From an uncultured Acidimicrobiales bacterium (GTDB lineage Bacteria > Actinomycetota > Acidimicrobiia > Acidimicrobiales > UBA10347), in assembly GCA_943788915.1 (NCBI GenBank), contig CALSSD010000009.1:62001-126000 (forward strand): 64,000 nucleotides of DNA, in the 5' to 3' direction. Numbering within the stretch: the first letter of the stretch is position 1; each line of letters begins with the position of its first letter. The notes beneath the pieces are model-generated. The model did no database searches and had not been told where the DNA came from. It worked only from the letters and a program-made list of their open reading frames with translations. Below are positions 57,874 to 64,000 of the stretch, piece by piece. A program made the translations under genes and the position numbers.

Positions 57874-58161
57874 ATGGGTCACTCATTTCCGGTATTGCGG
57901 GCGGTGGTGCCCGACACAACTGACGCCCGAGGCACCGCCGAGTTCTATCGCCAGCTGCTCGGTTATTCGTATCGCCGTGGTGATGAACCGCCCACCAACG
58001 GTCAATCTGATTCCAAGGGACGGGAGTGGTTGGTGCTGGTTGATGCCGCTGGAGAACCACGCATGTCGTTCCAACAAGTTCGCCAACTCGCGCCGACGAC
58101 GTGGCCAGAACCCGATGTGCCGAGGAGCGCGAACGAACTCTGCGCCTCGACGCCGCACTGA
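57874..58161 (+). pseudogene. VOC/glyoxalase-family protein, C-terminally truncated
   Basis: AEFYRQLLG, WLVL, SFQQV and TTWPEPDVP are present. The expected following HLD and DPAGHPFC-type segments are absent. Confidence 0.6.
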
Positions 58162-58223
58162 TCCTGGACCGAAGCGAAAAGTTACCTCCCCAGGGGAACA
58201 TAACTTTTCGGTAGCCTGAGGGG

Positions 58224-59252
58224 GTGACGGCAGATCAGGTTTTGTTGGCAGCGCCCCGAGGGTTCTGCGCAGGCGTAGAGATGGCGATCAAGGCGCTGGC
58301 CACCATGGTGCGCACGTTCCCGCCGCCGGTGTACTGCTACCACGAGATCGTGCACAACCAGGAGGTCGTTCGCCGCTTCGAGGAGCAAGGTGTCGTCTTC
58401 GTCGACAGCATCGACGAGGTGCCCCAAGGTTCTCCCATCATGCTGAGCGCACACGGCTCCGCCCCCGATGTCGTTGCCGACGCAGAGACAACCGGCAGCT
58501 TCACCGTGAACTCGGTATGCCCGCTGGTCACCAAGGTGCACCACGAGGTTCGGGTTCGCGTCGGTAAGGGTTTCCGAGTCATCTACGTCGGCCACGAAGG
58601 CCACGAAGAAGCTGTGGGCACCATGGCTGTCGCCCCCGATGCCATCGACCGCGTCGAGAGCGTGGCCGACGTTGCGGCACTCCCGGACTTCGACGAACCG
58701 CTGGCACTCCTCGCTCAGACCACCTTGTCGCATCGCGACTGGAGCGATGTGGCCGATGCTGCCAAAGACCGCTTCCCCGACATGTGGACACCAGCCCGCA
58801 GTGACCTCTGTTTCGCCACAACCAACCGTCAGAGTGCGCTGCTGTCGTTCGTTGAGCGATGCGACGCCATGGTGGTCATTGGCTCACCCAACTCCTCGAA
58901 CACGCTGGCCCTGGCCAAACTCGCGACCGAAAGCGGCTGTCCGACAGTGCTGCGGGTGAACTCAGCCGACGAACTTCCAGACGACCTCGGTGGCACCGTC
59001 GGTGTCACTGCCGGCGCGTCCGCCCCTGAGGAACTCGTAGCCAACGTCATCGCCAAACTCGCCCCGACACACGGGGTCGAAGAAGTCCGGGTCACCGAGG
59101 AAGACGAGTACTTCCCTCCCCCGCCACCCATTCGTGACCTGCTGACTGCTCTGGCGAGTGCTGCTTCGGTCACCGTCGGCGGGCCGACCATCGCCGGCAT
59201 CGGTTCCGATCGCCATGTGGGGGCCAGCCAGGTCTTGGCCGAACTCGTCTAG
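58224..59252 (+). CDS. ispH: 4-hydroxy-3-methylbut-2-enyl diphosphate reductase
   Basis: PRGFCAGV, EIVHN, SAHG, CPLVTKVH, QTT, LCFATTNRQ, SSN and TAGASAP. Confidence 0.96.
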   Translation: MTADQVLLAAPRGFCAGVEMAIKALATMVRTFPPPVYCYHEIVHNQEVVRRFEEQGVVFVDSIDEVPQGSPIMLSAHGSAPDVVADAETTGSFTVNSVCPLVTKVHHEVRVRVGKGFRVIYVGHEGHEEAVGTMAVAPDAIDRVESVADVAALPDFDEPLALLAQTTLSHRDWSDVADAAKDRFPDMWTPARSDLCFATTNRQSALLSFVERCDAMVVIGSPNSSNTLALAKLATESGCPTVLRVNSADELPDDLGGTVGVTAGASAPEELVANVIAKLAPTHGVEEVRVTEEDEYFPPPPPIRDLLTALASAASVTVGGPTIAGIGSDRHVGASQVLAELV

Positions 59253-59361
59253 TTCCACTGCACCGAAAACACGCTGCGGATCAGACCGGTCCCTGGTGTT
59301 CGGTGTCAGTTCGGCTCGCCGCTGACGAAGTGAACCCAGAGACACGGCATACAGTCTTCCG

Positions 59362-60233
59362 TTGCCCCAAGCGATGAACAAAAACACCGTGCTCGAATAC
59401 GACACCTTCGGAGACGCTGCGAACCCGACCGTGCTACTCATCATGGGATTCACTGCGCAGATGACCGGATGGCCCGACGACTTCTGCAACCAGATTGCTG
59501 CAACTGGCCACCATGTTGTGCGCTTCGACAACCGCGACTGCGGACTCAGCAGCAAAACTGGTGGCGACGCTCCAAGCGTGATGCAGATCATGATGGCAGC
59601 CATGTCTGGCCAGGCCGTTGGCGACGTCCCGTACTCGCTGTCCGATATGGCAGACGATGCAGTGGCTGTCCTCGATGCGCTGGGCATCGACAAGGCCCAT
59701 GTGGCTGGCGCTTCCATGGGCGGCATGATCACCCAACAACTAGCCATCGATCACCCCGAACGAGTTGCGTCGGTGATCTCCATCATGTCCACAACAGGCT
59801 CGCCCGCTGTCGGCCAGGCCAACCCCGCTGCCTTAACTGCGCTGCTCCGCGTGCCGCCAAGCGAGCGTTCTGCCGCTAGCAAACGAAATGTCGAACTGGG
59901 CCGCATCATCAGCGGTCCGCTGTTCGACGAGAACTTCGCTAGCGATGCCGCAACTGCTGCTTACGATCGCAGCTTCTACCCCACCGGAGCAGCGTTCCAA
60001 ATAGCTGCCATTGCCAAGACCGGCGACCGGACCGAGGCACTGAAGCAGCTGCCGCATCGGGCCCTCGTCATTCATGGCCAGGCCGATCCATTGATCACGC
60101 CATCAGGAGGCGAAGCGACTGCGCCGCGATCCCGGCCTCGACCTTGTTGATGCTCAACGAGATGGGCCACGACCTGCCCCGTCCGTTGTGGAACACAATC
60201 GTGGGGGCCATCGGCGAACACATCGCGGCCTAG
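59362..60233 (+). CDS. Alpha/beta hydrolase, frameshifted near 60123
   Basis: RFDNRDCGLS, GASMGG and HGQADPLI. The catalytic His segment (EMGHDLP) lies in another frame ending at TAG 60233. Confidence 0.85.
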
Positions 60234-60265
60234 CCGCAACGAGGAGACACCTACGTCAGTGCTGC

Positions 60266-60916
60266 CTACCAAGCGGTACCGAATGTGTCGCGAAACGCCA
60301 TCTCGGCCACCGGTCTGCGGGTGATTGGTCCGTGGCCCTTGTTCACCGGATACCCAAGAGGAACCATTGCAACAGTTCCCCATTCCGCAGGGATGTCGAG
60401 TGCTGCCTTGACGTCGTCTTCGCGCAGACAATGCAAAGTGGTGAGCGTGCACCCGATGCCCTCGGCTACACAGGCCAACATCAGATTCTGGACCGGCGGG
60501 TAGACGGACCCTCCGCCAACCATGCTGATCCGATCGAGCTTTGCATCAGTAATCGCCATGCGCGACGGATCAGCACAGAACATCAGGATTGCTGGCGCTT
60601 CGTGAAGATGATCCGCCAGATAATCGCCGGCCGTGACCATCTTGAGGCGCTTCTCAACTTCGGCTTCGGGCAGGCCTTCCATGCGCTTGTGGTAGCCGAC
60701 GATGTACCTGGCCCACTCGGGCTGATAGATATCTTTGAGCGCCTGTTTCTTCTCTGGATCGGTGACGACGATGACCATCCACGGCTGTTGATTGCCACCG
60801 GTGGGCGCCCAACAAGCCGCCTGTAACAACCGCTCCATGACATCGTCAGGGATCGGGTCAGGACGCAATCGTCGCACTGCTCGCAGCGTGCTCATCGTTT
60901 CGTACAAATCAGCCAT
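60266..60916 (-). CDS. Nitroreductase family protein
   Basis: RAVRR..PDP, APTGGNQQPW, QNLMLA and PLGYP. Confidence 0.9.
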   Translation of the reverse strand: MADLYETMSTLRAVRRLRPDPIPDDVMERLLQAACWAPTGGNQQPWMVIVVTDPEKKQALKDIYQPEWARYIVGYHKRMEGLPEAEVEKRLKMVTAGDYLADHLHEAPAILMFCADPSRMAITDAKLDRISMVGGGSVYPPVQNLMLACVAEGIGCTLTTLHCLREDDVKAALDIPAEWGTVAMVPLGYPVNKGHGPITRRPVAEMAFRDTFGTAW

Positions 60917-60977
60917 ACGCCCAGTCTTGCCGACTGCTGCGCATCACTAACATTCCAACGCCGTGACCCGTGTACGA

Positions 60978-61748
60978 CTAGTCCTGTACCCAGGGTTCGT
61001 TGCGATCGTTGATGCCGGGTTCGTCTTCGGACCAGGCGCGGTTGGGAGTGCCAGCCAGAATCTGCGCCCGGTCAAAAACATCTTGCAGCCGTTCCCGGAG
61101 TTCGGCCGCTGCCGCGTCTAACTCGCTGCGTTTTACTCGCTTGCCGCTGTTGGGATCGCCGACATAGAACGGGTCGCCGAAGACGATCACGACCTTTTGC
61201 GGCCGCGGGATTTTCACGCCAATTGGCATGACGGCGTCCGTTCCACCGATACCAGCAGGGATGATAGGCACGCCGGCCCGAGCAGCAATCCACACCGCGC
61301 CTTCGAAGACCGGCTTGATTCGAGGACCCTCTTGACGAGCACCTTCGGGATACACAACCAGCATCTCGCCCCGCGCCAGAATGTCGCGGGCGTTGTTTAG
61401 CGTCTCGCGGTCGAGGGCCCCTCGTTTTACCGGAAAGCCGCCAAGCGCCACAATGAACTTGGTCCAAAACGGCGACTTGAAGATCGACTCTTTCGCCATG
61501 AATCGCTGTTCGCGTTTCAACACCGCACCCAGGAAAGGTGTATCGACATTGGACCGATGGCTCGGCGCGATGATGACCGGCCCTGTGGTTGGAATCTTGT
61601 CATGGTCCACGGCCTGGATCCGGTTGAACCAGGAGACAATGCCGTAGCCAAACAGCATCTTCAAGACTTGTTTGAAGTAGCGCTCGCGCTTCGTCATTGC
61701 AGCACCGAAATCGGCGCCACCGTGGCGGGGGTCTTCAGAAACAGCCAT
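60978..61748 (-). CDS. plsC: 1-acyl-sn-glycerol-3-phosphate acyltransferase
   Basis: HRSNVD, FMAKES, FPVKRG and YPEG. Confidence 0.88.
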   Translation of the reverse strand: MAVSEDPRHGGADFGAAMTKRERYFKQVLKMLFGYGIVSWFNRIQAVDHDKIPTTGPVIIAPSHRSNVDTPFLGAVLKREQRFMAKESIFKSPFWTKFIVALGGFPVKRGALDRETLNNARDILARGEMLVVYPEGARQEGPRIKPVFEGAVWIAARAGVPIIPAGIGGTDAVMPIGVKIPRPQKVVIVFGDPFYVGDPNSGKRVKRSELDAAAAELRERLQDVFDRAQILAGTPNRAWSEDEPGINDRNEPWVQD

Positions 61749-61750
61749 TG

Positions 61751-62419
61751 CTACACCAGCCCTCGTTCATGGGCAAGCGACACGATACGGTCCACGACCT
61801 CGGCGATTGCATACCCTGTTGTATCCACGGTCACGGCATCGTCGGCGGGCCGCAACGGGGAATCTTGTCGTTCGCTGTCGGCTCTATCTCGACGGACCAA
61901 ATCAGCTTCGACCTCGTCGATGTCGGTGCCGGTCTCGAGGGAACGACGACGGGCTCGTTCTCGCACCGATGCCGTTACGTACACCTTGAGCGCAGCGTTT
62001 GGCACCACCACAGTCCCGATGTCGCGCCCTTCGAGAACGCCGCCACCACTTTTGTGCAGCCATTGGCGCTGTAACTCGACCAGAACCTGGCGCACGGTCG
62101 GGTTCGCTGCAACCGCAGATACGTGTGCAGTAACTTCGACGCCACGAATCGCTTCGGTGGCGTCGACCCCATCGACCATGACCGACGAAGCGCTGAGATC
62201 AAGATCGATCTTGGGTAACACACTGTCGGTTGTTTCCCAGTCGGCAGGATCGATAGCCCGTTGCAGCACGCCAAACGTAATCGCCCGATACATCGCACCC
62301 GTGTCGAGATACGGAAGACCTGTCTGCTCAGCAACGAGCTTGGCCACGGTCGACTTGCCTGAGCCGCCTGGACCATCAATGGTTATGACCCGCAGGTTCG
62401 TATCACGTCCGTTGCTCAT
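61751..62419 (-). CDS. cmk: Cytidylate kinase
   Basis: IDGPGGSGKSTVAK, YLDTGAMYR, EGRDIGTVV and RD..DSER. Confidence 0.96.
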   Translation of the reverse strand: MSNGRDTNLRVITIDGPGGSGKSTVAKLVAEQTGLPYLDTGAMYRAITFGVLQRAIDPADWETTDSVLPKIDLDLSASSVMVDGVDATEAIRGVEVTAHVSAVAANPTVRQVLVELQRQWLHKSGGGVLEGRDIGTVVVPNAALKVYVTASVRERARRRSLETGTDIDEVEADLVRRDRADSERQDSPLRPADDAVTVDTTGYAIAEVVDRIVSLAHERGLV

Positions 62420-62427
62420 AGCAGAGC

Positions 62428-63498
62428 TCAAAGCAGCTTGCGCATAGACGATCGGTAACCAGCTTCACCCAACTTGGCAGCAAAGCTCGGCTGGTCCGCG
62501 AGCGCAACGACCATGATGGCGACACCGCGTTGGCCTTCGGACGAGTGGGCGATCTCGAAGTCGTAGATGTTTACCTCGGGCGCAAGTGTCGTGAGTGCAG
62601 CGATAGCACCGGGAATGTCGGGCATCGTCACCCGCACTTCGCACAATTCCAGACCCGATGGGATGCCACTCGGCAGATTGACGCGGGCCTTGCGGGCACC
62701 GGTGAGCAGCGTGCGCAGCTGGTCTCGGTCAGTGCGTTCCACAATGTTTCGTGCGTTCTGCAGACCCTCGATCAGATCATCGAGTGACTCGACGATCTGG
62801 GTCTTGTTCTGCTCACAGATGTCTAGCCAAATCGCAGGATGTCCAGCTGCGATGCGAGTCATATCCCGGAAACCACCGGCGGCCAGCCGCAAAACGGCCT
62901 CATTGTCAAACCCAGATCCAGCGGCCATGACCATCATGGTGGCCGCAGTGAGGTGCGGGACGTGTGAGATGCGGGCTACGGCTTCGTCGTGGCTAACGGG
63001 TTCCATCGAGACCACCTCGGCACCGAGGAGCCGCACAACCTGACGCACGACGGTGTAGGCCTCGTCGCTGGTGTGTTCGGTCGGGGTCATCACCCAGGTG
63101 GCATTGTTGAACAGGCCAGGCCGAGCGCCGGTCACGCCGTCTTGTTCGCTGCCTGCCATTGGATGGCCGGCCACGAAACGGGGATCAACGATCGTATGGG
63201 CGATGTCGGCCTTGACACTTCCCACGTCGGTCACAACGCCGGTCGAAGCAGCAAGTGCCCGCTGGGCAGCTTCGACGACCGCACCAACAGGTGTCGCCAC
63301 AAACGTGATCTCGGCATCAGCGTCGAAGCCGATCTTGTCGAGCACGGCAAGTTCTATGGCCAGTGCATTGGTGGCCGGGTCGCGATCCTCGCCAGTGACA
63401 TGCCACCCGATTTCGCGCAGTCCGAGGGCGATGCTGCCCCCGATCAGGCCCACGCCAATGATGTTGGCGCGCCGAACAGGAGCGAGAGAGTCAGCCAT
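62428..63498 (-). CDS. tyrA: Prephenate dehydrogenase with C-terminal ACT domain
   Basis: GVGLIGGS, DVGSVK, HPMAGSE, HD..ISHVPH and GGFRDMTRIA. Confidence 0.93.
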   Translation of the reverse strand: MADSLAPVRRANIIGVGLIGGSIALGLREIGWHVTGEDRDPATNALAIELAVLDKIGFDADAEITFVATPVGAVVEAAQRALAASTGVVTDVGSVKADIAHTIVDPRFVAGHPMAGSEQDGVTGARPGLFNNATWVMTPTEHTSDEAYTVVRQVVRLLGAEVVSMEPVSHDEAVARISHVPHLTAATMMVMAAGSGFDNEAVLRLAAGGFRDMTRIAAGHPAIWLDICEQNKTQIVESLDDLIEGLQNARNIVERTDRDQLRTLLTGARKARVNLPSGIPSGLELCEVRVTMPDIPGAIAALTTLAPEVNIYDFEIAHSSEGQRGVAIMVVALADQPSFAAKLGEAGYRSSMRKLL

Positions 63499-63506
63499 TT
63501 TCCGAC

Positions 63507-63881
63507 TCAGTCGTCGACGAGATCAGGGCGCAGTCGGCGCGCCGCACCGTGATACACCGGCACAACATCGTTGCGCTGCAACGATGAGTACGCGTGAATG
63601 AGCACCCGAACACACCGGTCCACTCCGGTGGTCACATTGGCCTCGACCGCACCAAGCAACGGTACATCGTCGAAGCCGCACTCTTCACGCAACGCGGTGC
63701 CGGCATACATCGATGTCAGATCAGGCGTGACGGTCAGGATTACGTCGACATAGTCGTCGTCTTCAAGGGCATTCTTGGCGATGATTTCGTTGACGAGGTC
63801 TCGGACGGCAACCCGAATCTCGGCTGGATCATCGTTCTCAACTGTCGTTGCGCCGCGAAAGGCGCGCATACGTGGCTCCAC
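63507..63881 (-). CDS. aroH: AroH-type chorismate mutase
   Basis: RAFRGATT, TPDL, CVRVLIH and A..LRPDL. Confidence 0.92.
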   Translation of the reverse strand: MEPRMRAFRGATTVENDDPAEIRVAVRDLVNEIIAKNALEDDDYVDVILTVTPDLTSMYAGTALREECGFDDVPLLGAVEANVTTGVDRCVRVLIHAYSSLQRNDVVPVYHGAARRLRPDLVDD

Positions 63882-64000
63882 GGCGGTCGATGTTATCGGT
63901 CATCGCGCTCTGCAGTAGCAGTGGCTCCTCGACTCTTCTATCGAGGAGCCATTTCCGAGGAGTATTTCAGCGACCAGCGTCGCGGTCTGGGTGCTCCGCC

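Overview
High-GC (roughly 60% by eye) bacterial DNA, most consistent with an actinobacterium of the Acidimicrobiia type. This is inferred from the F420/LLM and PPOX enzymes, DUF6777, and the AroH-TyrA-Cmk-PlsC and DUF512-Der blocks. The right end (53.2-64 kb) is mostly core genome next to a tRNA-Pro(GGG). The left 53 kb is accessory: redox, catabolic and signalling genes. Main highlights: (1) Three genes that the ORF track splits or truncates read through an in-frame UGA at a catalytic Cys position, each followed by a hairpin. They are a UGSC-family protein (GD-U-GSC), SelD (GAG-U-GCK) and an AhpD-like protein (CFY-U-TTSH), so they are probable selenoproteins. (2) A ~10 kb signalling island of unknown function lies at 10.6-20.8 kb. 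It has a translationally coupled operon (FAD/NAD(P) oxidoreductase, membrane protein, TauE/SafE transporter, Ser/Thr kinase with degenerate catalytic motifs, Zn-ribbon/FHA protein). Next come an intact receptor Ser/Thr kinase and a divergent Cys-rich DUF6777 lipoprotein, which is followed by an in-frame duplicate C-terminal module behind its stop codon. Several single-base indels in short homopolymer runs suggest long-read consensus errors, so frameshift and pseudogene calls need caution. All family assignments come from reading motifs by eye; no database search was run.
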